Below are positions 37,649-47,200 of a stretch of 64,000 nucleotides of DNA, piece after piece. Position 1 is the stretch's first letter, and every line of letters begins with the position of its first letter. Source of the DNA: Candidatus Brockarchaeota archaeon (GTDB lineage Archaea; Thermoproteota; EX4484-205; JAAOZP01); assembly GCA_017601345.1 (NCBI GenBank), contig JAFNIT010000001.1, forward strand, positions 12,835-76,834, written 5' to 3'. Under the pieces are notes generated by a model. It searched no databases. It saw nothing but the letters and a program-made list of their open reading frames with translations, and had not been told where the DNA came from. A program made the position numbers and the translations under genes.

Positions 37649-37980
37649 CTTCAATTCTCCATCGTGGAGAAATAACAATTGCAGCTGACAAGGAGGATAC
37701 TGGCATCCTGTTAAAACCTCGGGGACTCTAGCCTACTAAAATGCTCTAAATGCCATTTTTACAAGCTTTTACTAAGCCTCCTCGCCTTCATGGGTTAGGT
37801 GGCGATGATCCTGAAAAGGAAAGCCTTTCACTAGCAGTTTAAGTAATTGTTAAGAACTAAATCCTAGGATTGTGTTAACTACGCTATAAAAAGCTTCAAT
37901 AGTGTTCTAATTTATGGACAGGCTGTCCTAAACTCTAGGATAATTAGAAGAATACTACTTCTTAAATCGGTGAAAAAGTA

Positions 37981-39840
37981 ATGAGTAGAATGTTTACAGC
38001 CTTCATGCCTTTAACTTTGATTGCATCGATTCTTTTAGCCACTCTCGTCGTTAACTTAAGTGGTAACAATAGCGGACTAAGAAGCTTTACGTCTTATGGA
38101 GAGCTAGAGAATTTTGTCAAAAGCAGGGTTATTGGAAAATATTTGAAGGAATTTTTCGGAGATTTGAATTACTGGGTTGAAAGCCCGTATTTATCGCCAA
38201 GGCTTTCTCTTGGGGCTGATGCTATTGGTACGCTCGAAGCCGAATACTCGACTACTAATATCCAAGTCTCTGGTGTTGACGAAGCCGATATTGTTAAGAC
38301 AGATGGCAGATATATCTACATGTTTTCTGGGAGAAACATATTCATAATTGAAGCCTATCCTCCGGAGAAGATGAATAAGGTCTCTGAGATCAAGATTAAA
38401 GGAAATCCCATTGGTCTATTTGTTAACAATGACAGGCTTGCTGTGTTAAAATATGATTCTATCGCTTTCAAAGAAGAGGATTATCCTTGCTATCGATGGG
38501 TAACGGTTTTAGAGATTTACGATATTTCAAATATAAACAATCCCGTTCTGAAGAAGCGTGTTTCCACCGATGGTTCTTACTTGAGTTCTAGGATGATTGG
38601 GAGGTATGTTTACATCGTTGCAACCAGTCCCGTTATCAGGATTTTTGACGATGATTGGAAAGTTCTCACTCCTCAAGTAATGGTTGGAGATAACGTTGTC
38701 AACATTCCTCCAAACAAAATATTCTATTCCGATACTATTGAGGTTCCTGAAAGCTACACCACTATAATTGCAGTAGACCTGTATTCTGAGGAAGGCTTAG
38801 AGTATAAGTCTGTTTTAACAGGCTACGCGTCCTGCATGTACGTCTCTTTGGACAATATTTACGTCACCATGCCGAAGCAGTTCTGGGTATGGGAAATTGA
38901 AGGATCGACTGAGATACATAGGATTAGGATTAATGGTCTCGATATAAAGTGTGAGGCGAGCGGCGAGGTTCCAGGCAGGGTTTTAAACCAGTTTTCGATG
39001 GATGAGTATGAAGGCTATTTCAGAATAGCAACTACTACGGGGCATGTGGCGAGGATCCTGAGCGAGGCTACAAGTGCCAACCATGTTTACATCCTTGATT
39101 CCGAGACGCTCAGGGTAGTTGGCAGGCTTGAAGACCTGGCCCCCGGAGAACAGATATACTCGGCCAGGTTCATGGGCTCAAGGTGCTATCTCGTCACCTT
39201 CAAAAAGGTTGATCCGCTTTTCACAATAGACGTGAGTAATCCTGCCGAGCCAAGAGTTCTCGGCAAGCTTAAGATACCTGGGTACTCCAACTACCTCCAC
39301 CCCTACGACAGCGATTACCTCATAGGCATAGGTAAGGAGACTGTTGAAGCAGAGGAGGGGGATTTCGCATGGTACCAGGGTTTGAAAATATCGCTGTTCG
39401 ATGTTTCAAACGTGACTAGCCCGAGAGAGGTTGGCAAGATAATCATAGGCGACAGGGGAACGGATTCGCCAGTCTTAAGTGACCATCACGCCTTACTTTT
39501 TGACAAGAAAAGAAACCTTCTTGTAATACCCATATTGGAGGCTAAGATTTTTAGAGAGAAATATTCTGGAGACATCCCGCCTTATACCTATGGCGAGTAT
39601 GTTTTCCAAGGAGCGTATATTTTCAACATTTCTCCTACGGAAGGCATAAGCCTGAGAGGCAGGATAACACACTTTGAAAACATCGAAGACCTGGATAAGA
39701 GCGGTTACTATTTCAACTCAAAGTATCAAGTGATTAGAGGCCTCTACATCGGCGATGTTTTATACACTCTCTCCAGCAGGATGGTTAAGGCAAACAGCCT
39801 TACAGACCTCTCTGAAATCTCTAGCGTTAGACTAGACTAA
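37981..39840 (+). CDS. Secreted beta-propeller domain protein
   Basis: Signal/TM N-terminus, YSTTNIQVSGVDEADIVKTDG, LNQFSMDEY, VTFKKVDPLF, GKLKIPGYSNYLHP. Confidence 0.88.
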   Translation: MSRMFTAFMPLTLIASILLATLVVNLSGNNSGLRSFTSYGELENFVKSRVIGKYLKEFFGDLNYWVESPYLSPRLSLGADAIGTLEAEYSTTNIQVSGVDEADIVKTDGRYIYMFSGRNIFIIEAYPPEKMNKVSEIKIKGNPIGLFVNNDRLAVLKYDSIAFKEEDYPCYRWVTVLEIYDISNINNPVLKKRVSTDGSYLSSRMIGRYVYIVATSPVIRIFDDDWKVLTPQVMVGDNVVNIPPNKIFYSDTIEVPESYTTIIAVDLYSEEGLEYKSVLTGYASCMYVSLDNIYVTMPKQFWVWEIEGSTEIHRIRINGLDIKCEASGEVPGRVLNQFSMDEYEGYFRIATTTGHVARILSEATSANHVYILDSETLRVVGRLEDLAPGEQIYSARFMGSRCYLVTFKKVDPLFTIDVSNPAEPRVLGKLKIPGYSNYLHPYDSDYLIGIGKETVEAEEGDFAWYQGLKISLFDVSNVTSPREVGKIIIGDRGTDSPVLSDHHALLFDKKRNLLVIPILEAKIFREKYSGDIPPYTYGEYVFQGAYIFNISPTEGISLRGRITHFENIEDLDKSGYYFNSKYQVIRGLYIGDVLYTLSSRMVKANSLTDLSEISSVRLD

Positions 39841-39880
39841 TCATTTTTTAATTTTCTTTCTCAAGCTTCTAAAAGCCTTT

Positions 39881-40747
39881 CTAAAAACTGATTATCTCGT
39901 TCTCAAGTTTCTCTGCAAACTCTCTGTCCACCGAGGCCCTGAGACGCTTTACAGTATTGTCATACGGGTCTATAGTTTCTTCCTCCAGCGTCTCAGCATA
40001 TCTTGCCTCCGGATCTATTTCATCAAGCATCTGGATTAGGATCTTCCTCTCCTCCTCCGGCATTATTCTCTTATCGGTCATGGCAGCTGCCCTAACGTGA
40101 ATACCTTCGTCGAGAAGATGTTTCAAGGCTTTGAATGGAAGCTTGTAGAACTCTCCCTGAGCACCCGTCCTGATTGTGAAACCCTCTGGTGTAGCGGCTT
40201 TAAACGATACCCTGACATAAAGCCTATCCTTAAACTCTGCCAATCTTTTAACATGGTTAATATTCGAACCCAAGATTATCCCATTCGTTTCCAAGATAAA
40301 CAGGGGGCAGTTTGAAGATTTAACATACTCCAGAACCTTAAGCAAATGCTCCATGCCTATCGTGGGCTCACATCCAGAGATTCGGAGCTTACTAATCTTG
40401 GGCAATATTCTTCTCCAATACCCAGAATACGTTACTCCTTCTTCAGTTGCCTTGAAAAGCAGTCTAGACGCTTCCTTTGGAGAATAGAATTCTCCGAATT
40501 TCTCCGGAAAATCCCTCGACCAGTTTGACCAGCAATATACGCATCGGAGACAGCACCCCACGGCATAGCCGGTAGCAACGCCTCTGTAAACGGGAACAGA
40601 GTAGAAACCAGTATATTTTCTCTCCAACCCCTCTGGCCCGCATCTTGTTACTAACCGTTCGGTTTCTTCAGCTAGCTTAACAGGGTCAAATGGCTTAAAA
40701 CCAGGAGATAGGAACCTCTGATACTCCTCCACTTTACACCTGATCAT
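39881..40747 (-). CDS. Radical SAM protein
   Basis: GCCLRCVYCW, RISGCEP, ILETNG; start moved to ATG 40747 because the track's start lies inside tRNA-Ala. Confidence 0.85.
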   Translation of the reverse strand: MIRCKVEEYQRFLSPGFKPFDPVKLAEETERLVTRCGPEGLERKYTGFYSVPVYRGVATGYAVGCCLRCVYCWSNWSRDFPEKFGEFYSPKEASRLLFKATEEGVTYSGYWRRILPKISKLRISGCEPTIGMEHLLKVLEYVKSSNCPLFILETNGIILGSNINHVKRLAEFKDRLYVRVSFKAATPEGFTIRTGAQGEFYKLPFKALKHLLDEGIHVRAAAMTDKRIMPEEERKILIQMLDEIDPEARYAETLEEETIDPYDNTVKRLRASVDREFAEKLENEIISF

Positions 40748-40791
40748 TATACGCTGGAGTCTAATAAGTGGATATGTGGAAACCATAGAAG

Positions 40792-40863
40792 TGGACCGGG
40801 AGGGACTCGAACCCTCGACCTTCCGGGTGCAAACCGGACATTCTACCACTGAACTACCGGCCC
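40792..40863 (-). tRNA. tRNA-Ala(TGC)
   Basis: GGGCCGG/CCGGTCC-A with G3:U70, TCCGG-TTTGCAC-CCGGA. Confidence 0.96.
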
Positions 40864-40956
40864 GAGCTTTATTTTTCCTCCAGAATATATAAATGCTTCC
40901 TAAAGAAAGGGGAGAGAAAGTTTTAAAACAGGACCTTAATACTCTTGGCTCATCTT

Positions 40957-41030
40957 GGCCGCTGTAGCGTAACCAGGCAGCGCGGTGGCCTGTGGAGCCA
41001 CTTGTCCGAGTTCAAATCTCGGCGGCGGCC
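40957..41030 (+). tRNA. tRNA-His(GTG) with genome-encoded G-1
   Basis: G-GCCGCTG/CGGCGGC-C, GTGGC-CTGTGGA-GCCAC. Confidence 0.95.
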
Positions 41031-41118
41031 CTTTAAGCAACTAGCTTTTTTAGCTAGGAGAATCTTAGGATATTCTAAGGAAAACGTTTTAAAACTCCTA
41101 AGGGAAAGAATTAGGTGA

Positions 41119-41192
41119 GCCTCGGTAACTCAGCCTGGTAGAGTGGCAGCCTCGTAAGCTGCAGGTCGAGGGTTCAAATCCCTCCCGAGGCT
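41119..41192 (+). tRNA. tRNA-Thr(CGT)
   Basis: GCCTCGG/CCGAGGC-T, GCAGC-CTCGTAA-GCTGC. Confidence 0.96.
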
Positions 41193-41258
41193 CCTAAGAT
41201 TTTTCAAAGAATCGTCAAAGAACGTATTTTTTAAAAAAAAGATTAGGATAGCTGACAG

Positions 41259-42287
41259 CTAAGTCTTTCTTTTAAGCATGTAATAGGCTACTATTATGGC
41301 TACGATTATTGCTATAATTATCCCCGCTGCGATCTCTGCCCAAGACAGTGTGGGAGCAGCCTTCTCTGCAGTTGGAGCCAGGTTTACTGTTATCATGTTA
41401 GTGACATGGCTCAGCCAGTCTTCCCACCATCCGCCACTAGGAGGCTCGAGAGAATCATTTGGCATTACGTCGGCGAAGTCGCTGCCTCTATCATTTTCTG
41501 GACCGCAGGTACCCCAGGCCGCTTCCCCTGGGCATCCCGGATGCTGAGGGTCGAAGGCATGCGCCCAAGTGCCCCAGCTACCCTTCGGCTCACCCGGTTT
41601 AATCGAGGCCACTAAGACCCTTGCTGTCCCAAGCTCTCCAAACCTCTCCTTAAGCAAAGCTTTACTAACTCTCATTTCGAAAGAACTTCTGGCTAAGTCA
41701 ACGCCGAAGTCCTCGATAGGAACTGTGCTCCAGTCAGGAAACTGCATGAAGGGCTTACCATAGTCCTCCCCATACAGACCCGCATCAAACTGTATGTTAA
41801 ACTCCCATTCATATCCATTTCTTTGAAAATCAACGTCTGAGGCAGCTGCACTATCTCTCTGGCCACCCGGTATTAAATCAAAGTAGAGATGGTAAGCACT
41901 TACGTTCGGGTAGGTAACTTGCTCATTATCTTCAGTAATCTTTGTGCTTACTATGCTCCAGCCCTCGTATAGCTCTGCAACATCGATTCTTATATACATC
42001 CATTCTTCATCACACCAGATATAGAGAGCCTTTAGATCTCTGCACTTATCGTTAATAGCAACCTTATCCGGAGGCTCAGCAGTCGAACCTACTCCGAGCA
42101 CGGAAGGGTCTTTAGACCATGCTTCAGTATCGCCAACCGGATCAGTATATACTGGTTGAATTCCTAAAGCATCCCAATCGCTAACGTCGCCGTCAATGGT
42201 GATTGTTTGTTGTGCTCTTAAAAAGCAGAGCTGTACTGACAAGAGAAGCAGTGTAGCAACAGTAGCGTACAAGAAGAGTCTTCTCAT
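41259..42287 (-). CDS. Secreted, C-terminally anchored protein with carbohydrate-binding/DOMON-like domain
   Basis: Signal peptide MRRLFLYATV, IDGDVSDW and YTDPVGD motifs, C-terminal TM plus KRK; start moved out of tRNA-Thr. Confidence 0.65.
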   Translation of the reverse strand: MRRLFLYATVATLLLLSVQLCFLRAQQTITIDGDVSDWDALGIQPVYTDPVGDTEAWSKDPSVLGVGSTAEPPDKVAINDKCRDLKALYIWCDEEWMYIRIDVAELYEGWSIVSTKITEDNEQVTYPNVSAYHLYFDLIPGGQRDSAAASDVDFQRNGYEWEFNIQFDAGLYGEDYGKPFMQFPDWSTVPIEDFGVDLARSSFEMRVSKALLKERFGELGTARVLVASIKPGEPKGSWGTWAHAFDPQHPGCPGEAAWGTCGPENDRGSDFADVMPNDSLEPPSGGWWEDWLSHVTNMITVNLAPTAEKAAPTLSWAEIAAGIIIAIIVAIIVAYYMLKRKT

Positions 42288-42345
42288 AGAGATCCACCGA
42301 TTTTCATCTATACAAGGCTCATTATAAGTCTTAACCCTTATAAAA

Positions 42346-42437
42346 AGCCCCAGGTGGGCTTCGAACCCACGACCTCCTCCATCAGCGCTTTTCAGCATTA
42401 CCAAGGAGGCGCTCTAACCAGGCTGAGCTACTGGGGC
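42346..42437 (-). tRNA. tRNA-Thr(GGT) with 17-nt anticodon-loop intron
   Basis: GCCCCAG/CTGGGGC-T acceptor, CCTCC-TTGGTA...GGAGG interrupted by insertion with GCT-GAAA-AGC hairpin. Confidence 0.93.
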
Positions 42438-42635
42438 TGTAAAGTTTCAGCATGCTTATGATTTAAAGTTTTTCTAGACCTGATTTTCGAGTATGTTTCG
42501 TCTCTTTCTGCATAATTTGTTTGATGCTAATAAAATCATGCTTTTTTCTTTAATGATGATGCCTCTGTTTTTGTGAATAAACTAGTAAAAAAGATTGTAT
42601 TGAAACCCATATAAAAAAGCTATATAAGTCGGCAG

Positions 42636-43019
42636 ATGCGTGAGGAAATGATGCAAAAAGCACTTATCGAGGATGTAAAGGAGGAGTTCTCGGAAGATAA
42701 ACTTGTATCCGAGATCCTGGAGATAAGGAATATGATAAATGTGGTGGAGAAGAACATTCTTAAATCAAATTCCAGTGAGAACCTTGAGAGACTCGAATAC
42801 CTCTTAAGGGTGCTAAGGCTTGAGATGGTTAAGAGAACCATACTATTGGCTAATAAGCACGGCCTAAGCATTGGGATTCCCATAGCTCCTGTATCGCATA
42901 ACGGTGGGACGATTCTTCGAGAACCCTTTTACGAAGACTTCTCAAGGCTTGAAAAAGAGTTGGATAGAGCTTATCGCACTGCCATAGATATGTTAAACAA
43001 TTTGAGCAGGCTGGTTTAA
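42636..43019 (+). CDS. Hypothetical alpha-helical protein
   Basis: 127-aa ORF with TATA upstream, 3 bp before rpiA. Confidence 0.6.
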   Translation: MREEMMQKALIEDVKEEFSEDKLVSEILEIRNMINVVEKNILKSNSSENLERLEYLLRVLRLEMVKRTILLANKHGLSIGIPIAPVSHNGGTILREPFYEDFSRLEKELDRAYRTAIDMLNNLSRLV

Positions 43020-43022
43020 GGG

Positions 43023-43748
43023 ATGAATAGCCTCCTTGCCAGCCTTAGAAAATCAGCATCGAGAAAGGCGTTGACTCATATTAAGCCAGGAATGATTGTC
43101 GGCCTCGGCTCAGGGAGCACTATTGCAGACTCATTCCTACCCTTATTTGTGGAAGAAGCCTCCGATGTGATGCATAATGTTTTCTTCATCCCTTCTTCAC
43201 GCCAGATAGAATTCAAAGCTCTAGAGATGGGGCTTAAGATTCTTAGCTTTAACCAAATCGACCATGTCAACGTCACGATAGATAGTGCAGATTTCATAGA
43301 GAGGAAGACACTGATCGCAATAAAGGGTGGGGGAGGAGCCTTCCTCATGGAGAAAGTACTGAGCTCAGTGTCTGATGAGCTTATTCTCATAGCTGACGAG
43401 AATAAGCTTGTTGAAAAGATTCAACCTGGGGTCCTAATTCCTGTGGAAGTGCCTTCTGACTTTGTCATTCTTATTAAGAAGCGGTTAGAGAAAGCTCTTG
43501 GTGTAAACGTTAGAATCAGGACTGGGAGCGGAAAAGTCGGCCCAGTAATAACAGACTTGGGGAACGCTATTATAGATGTACCCCTCCCGGAGGATTATAG
43601 CTTGGAGCAGTTAGACGGTTTACTTAAAAGCATACCAGGGGTACTGGAGAACGGTATTTTTAAAGACCTAGTGAGTAGGGCTTATGTGGGCACGGGCGGT
43701 GGAGTATTGGAGTTGGAAAGGGGGAGAACAGCACTATATGAATATTGA
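43023..43748 (+). CDS. rpiA: Ribose-5-phosphate isomerase A
   Basis: VGLGSGST, IDSAD, IKGGGGA, GPVITDLGN, IPGVLENG. Confidence 0.93.
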   Translation: MNSLLASLRKSASRKALTHIKPGMIVGLGSGSTIADSFLPLFVEEASDVMHNVFFIPSSRQIEFKALEMGLKILSFNQIDHVNVTIDSADFIERKTLIAIKGGGGAFLMEKVLSSVSDELILIADENKLVEKIQPGVLIPVEVPSDFVILIKKRLEKALGVNVRIRTGSGKVGPVITDLGNAIIDVPLPEDYSLEQLDGLLKSIPGVLENGIFKDLVSRAYVGTGGGVLELERGRTALYEY

Positions 43749-44454
43749 AAACGTGGAAAGGGTGAGGTTCCTGCTAAGAGAGTCGTTGACAGATATAGAG
43801 TTAGTATCCTACAATTTAGACAGGATCGTTAGGAATCTAAGACAGAAAGACAGCGAGTATTTGCAAAAGGTTAGTTTCTTCCTTGAAAAGAAGGATCATG
43901 AAAGAGCTAGAGTGTACGCGCATGAGATAGCTATGCTCAGAAAGGTTGCGAAAATAATCTACCATTCGAGCCTCTTAGTGTTGACTATTAAGCTTAGGCT
44001 CGAGACGCTCATCGAATCTGAGGAATTATACGGAATGGTACCCTCGCTCATCAGGCTTTTGTCCGCGGTTAAAGAGGCGGGGCCATTGCCAAATCTAGAG
44101 AAGGAATTTATGGGTGTTAGGGCTAAGCTCGAGGAGGCTGCCGCGATAATAACGAGCTCGACCGAGATAAAGCTTGATACTATGGGTGACGAGGTCGAGA
44201 AAGTGATTAAGGATGCTGAAAAACTGGCTTTGATGAAGATTGAAAGCACTTTCCCCAAGGTTCCTCAAGCAATCGTCGCGAAGGAGGAGGCGAAGCAAAG
44301 GGTTTTCGAGTATCTTAAAGCGAATTCAAACGCATTCAGCATCGAAAAATGTGCAGAAGACCTTTCAATGAACAGGGAAGAGGTTGAAAAACTATTAGAC
44401 GAGCTTGTTAAGGAGAGGAGGGTTATAATAAAGCGTGAGGAGGAACCTGTTTAG
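43738..44454 (+). CDS. ESCRT-III (CdvB/Snf7-like) protein with C-terminal winged helix
   Basis: ERARVYAHEIAMLRK, LRLETL, FPKVP, C-terminal wH-like RVFEYLK...IEKCAEDL; start ATG 43738. Confidence 0.82.
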   Translation: MNIENVERVRFLLRESLTDIELVSYNLDRIVRNLRQKDSEYLQKVSFFLEKKDHERARVYAHEIAMLRKVAKIIYHSSLLVLTIKLRLETLIESEELYGMVPSLIRLLSAVKEAGPLPNLEKEFMGVRAKLEEAAAIITSSTEIKLDTMGDEVEKVIKDAEKLALMKIESTFPKVPQAIVAKEEAKQRVFEYLKANSNAFSIEKCAEDLSMNREEVEKLLDELVKERRVIIKREEEPV

Positions 44455-45605
44455 ATAGAGCCCTTCTCCTTCCTCCACTCTTCCATCTTAACCAGGCTTT
44501 CTTTGCTTATGCTACTTCCTCTGCTCCTTATTGCTTTAACAAGATCTTCCATTGTTACGGGTCTCGGGTTCCCCTTCATCAGATCACCCTGTTCAAAGAA
44601 TTCTTCAATAGTCATTTTAAAAGCGTCTTTACATATGTTCTCAATATCGTGAGCAGAATATCCTTCAGTCAAGCGAGCGAGCTCATCGTAGTATATTGGG
44701 GGTTTAAGGCTGAGCTTGGAGGTAAAGTACATGAACAATCTTTTCCTCGCCCTCAGATCTGGAGGAGGAACATATATCCTTTCCTCAAACCTTCTAAGGA
44801 AAGCATCTGGAAGAAGCCAGGGATTATTCGTAGCAGCTATAACGTATACGTGTTCAGTTCTACCCTTGCTTAATAGACCATCCATTTCCTGCTGTAGCTG
44901 CAGCCTAGCCCTTGCCTCACCACCGGTTTCATAGATATGCGTTCCAACGATGCTCTCAACCTCGTCGATAAACATTATCGCAGGCTCGCTGGAGCTAGCA
45001 TTCTTCCTAGCGTGTTCAAAGAGCCGAGCTATGTTCTTTTCAGACTCGCCAAGCCATTTGGAAAGGATCGACGATGCTTTAACCAAGTAGAAAGTAGCCT
45101 TAATACTATTAGCTAAGGCAGCTGCGAGAAGAGTTTTTCCACACCCCGGCGGACCGTAGAAAAGAATACCCGTAGACCATGGCAGCTTGTACACGTCGGG
45201 CCTGATCGTCGGGAATATCACGTTCACGTACAGCTTTTTCTTGGCCTCATCTAAGTTGATAATATCATCCCATTTAACAGAGGGTTTTTCTATGAGTACA
45301 ACGTCCTGGAGCCACTTGTCCTCCTCTTTCTTCTCGGCTTTATCAATATAAACAACCTCCTCCTTCTTCTTAGTCAAACTGTCAAGCTTCTCAACCCTCT
45401 TCTGGTATTCTCTTATCCTATCAAGATACACTCTCTTCATGCTGTCGTTATCCGATAACGTGTACAGCTGCATGAGTATTTCAATAGTCTCTCTGTAAAG
45501 TCTTACGGCAGACTTGTATTCTCCTTGACTATCTAGGCTAACGGCTTCATGAGCTTTTCTTATTGCAGTTCTTTCAAGCTCAGTCCTCCAGCTTGGACTG
45601 GACAC
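44451..45605 (-). CDS. cdvC: Vps4/CdvC AAA+ ATPase with N-terminal MIT domain
   Basis: MIT (AHEAVSLD..G.Y..A..LY), GPPGCGKT, SKWLGESEK, FIDEVE, AATNNPW, FLRRF. Confidence 0.9.
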   Translation of the reverse strand: MSSPSWRTELERTAIRKAHEAVSLDSQGEYKSAVRLYRETIEILMQLYTLSDNDSMKRVYLDRIREYQKRVEKLDSLTKKKEEVVYIDKAEKKEEDKWLQDVVLIEKPSVKWDDIINLDEAKKKLYVNVIFPTIRPDVYKLPWSTGILFYGPPGCGKTLLAAALANSIKATFYLVKASSILSKWLGESEKNIARLFEHARKNASSSEPAIMFIDEVESIVGTHIYETGGEARARLQLQQEMDGLLSKGRTEHVYVIAATNNPWLLPDAFLRRFEERIYVPPPDLRARKRLFMYFTSKLSLKPPIYYDELARLTEGYSAHDIENICKDAFKMTIEEFFEQGDLMKGNPRPVTMEDLVKAIRSRGSSISKESLVKMEEWRKEKGSI

Positions 45606-45759
45606 TTCTATTCTGACTCAGTAGAATACGTTTCCTAATTAAGTTTTATCGTTTTCAAAAGCTTTATGAACCAAGCTCGCTGGAACATATCCATGTTTTC
45701 CCGCCGTAAATAATGAATAAAAATATTTAAGCCACGTTAAGAAGGGTAAACGATTAAGG

Positions 45760-46374
45760 ATGTCACCGTTACCGTGGAAAAAACCCCGGCCTCCTCCTCA
45801 CCCAACGAATACTCCTGCTTTTCAAGACACTCTAAGAGAGGCTCTCATGATGCTTAAAGTTCAGGAGCAGAATCTAGACCGTATTTACAGCAGGATTAAG
45901 ATGAGGGATGAGCAGCTTTTCAAAGAAGTGGAGAAAGCGCTCGTGGAACGGGATAATCCTCGCGCACTAGTATATGCGAATGAAGTTGCTCAAGTAAGGA
46001 AGATGGGCAAGATAATCCTTAGCAATAAGCTTGCCCTCGAAAGAATAATACTAAGATTAGAAGACACTCTGGATTTCAAAGATACCCTTAAAGTATTGGG
46101 TCCTGTTGTAAATGTTGTTAACAGAGTTGGGAGCGAGATAAGGAATGTTGCACCGCAAGTTGCGGAGAGTCTGAAGCAAATAGAGGATATGATGAACCGT
46201 GTACTGATACAGGCTGGCGAGGTATCTGGTTATGAACCGTATGTTTCAACAGATAGAGAAGCAGACCAGATTCTAAGAGAAGCATCTGTATTAGCATCTC
46301 AGAAGATGAAGTCTAGTTTCCCAGATATACCTGAACCCCTTAAGCAACAACTGGAAGAAACTGGCTCGGGGTAG
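45760..46374 (+). CDS. ESCRT-III (CdvB1/2-like) protein without winged helix
   Basis: RALVYANEVAQVRK, LALERIILRLE, EADQILREA, FPDIP. Confidence 0.85.
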   Translation: MSPLPWKKPRPPPHPTNTPAFQDTLREALMMLKVQEQNLDRIYSRIKMRDEQLFKEVEKALVERDNPRALVYANEVAQVRKMGKIILSNKLALERIILRLEDTLDFKDTLKVLGPVVNVVNRVGSEIRNVAPQVAESLKQIEDMMNRVLIQAGEVSGYEPYVSTDREADQILREASVLASQKMKSSFPDIPEPLKQQLEETGSG

Positions 46375-46378
46375 GGGC

Positions 46379-47200
46379 TTAATCGAACTGTGATCTGAGT
46401 TTAGTAGCAAGTTTCATAATTTTGGCGTAAGCAGTCAACTCTTCCAAGAGACCGTTAAAGTCTCCATATTTCTCTTCAATAAGCCTTACGAATGCACTGC
46501 CTACTATAGCCCCGTCAGCTCCACAAGATATTACAGATCCTACATGCTCCGGCTTAGATATGCCGAATCCGACTGCCAGAGGAACCCTATTAATTGTATA
46601 AGGGCGTATTTTTCTTATAGTTTGCATAGTGAGCTGGGCGACGTGTTCCCTCATACCTGTCACGCCGAAAACGGAAACAAGATAGAGGAAGCCCGAGGCC
46701 ATTTTAAGTATCTTCTCAAGTCTGTTTAAGGGTGTTGAAGGAGCTGCGAGGAAAATCGTGTCAACACCGTTCTTCTCAGCATGGTTCTTATATTCTTCAG
46801 CCTCTTCAACAGGCAGGTCAGCTACGATCACGCCGTCTACATTGCTCCTACTAGCACTCTCCAAAAATCTTCCGACACCTCTTCTGAAAATTATGTTGTA
46901 ATAAGTTAGAATGACGATGGGTATATTAACAGTCTTCTTCACCTCTCTGACTATTTCGAAAACGGTGTTAGGAGTTGTACCAGCATTGAGAGCCCGGACA
47001 TCAGAAGCCTGTATTACAGGACCGTCCGCTATCGGATCGGAAAAGGGGATTCCGATCTCAATAATATCTGCACCGCCCTCTACAAGCGCTTTAACTATTC
47101 GAGGAGTATGCTTCGGAGAAGGATCCCCTCCGGTTACATAGGCTATTAACGCTCCCTCGTTACGCTTCCTCAACTCTCGGAATGCGTTAGCAATACTCAT
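46379..47200 (-). CDS. trpA: Tryptophan synthase alpha chain
   Basis: [31 protein letters not shown]. Confidence 0.97.
   Translation of the reverse strand: MSIANAFRELRKRNEGALIAYVTGGDPSPKHTPRIVKALVEGGADIIEIGIPFSDPIADGPVIQASDVRALNAGTTPNTVFEIVREVKKTVNIPIVILTYYNIIFRRGVGRFLESASRSNVDGVIVADLPVEEAEEYKNHAEKNGVDTIFLAAPSTPLNRLEKILKMASGFLYLVSVFGVTGMREHVAQLTMQTIRKIRPYTINRVPLAVGFGISKPEHVGSVISCGADGAIVGSAFVRLIEEKYGDFNGLLEELTAYAKIMKLATKLRSQFD

Noticed and set aside
37770-37815. Possible IS200/605-like end or K-loop after vapC
   Set aside because: Hairpin is short and imperfect, with no transposase or second copy seen
40748-40849. N-terminal extension of the radical SAM ORF
   Set aside because: Overlaps tRNA-Ala; ATG at 40747 is more plausible
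42288-42404. N-terminal extension of the secreted protein ORF
   Set aside because: Overlaps tRNA-Thr(GGT); the signal peptide begins at 42287
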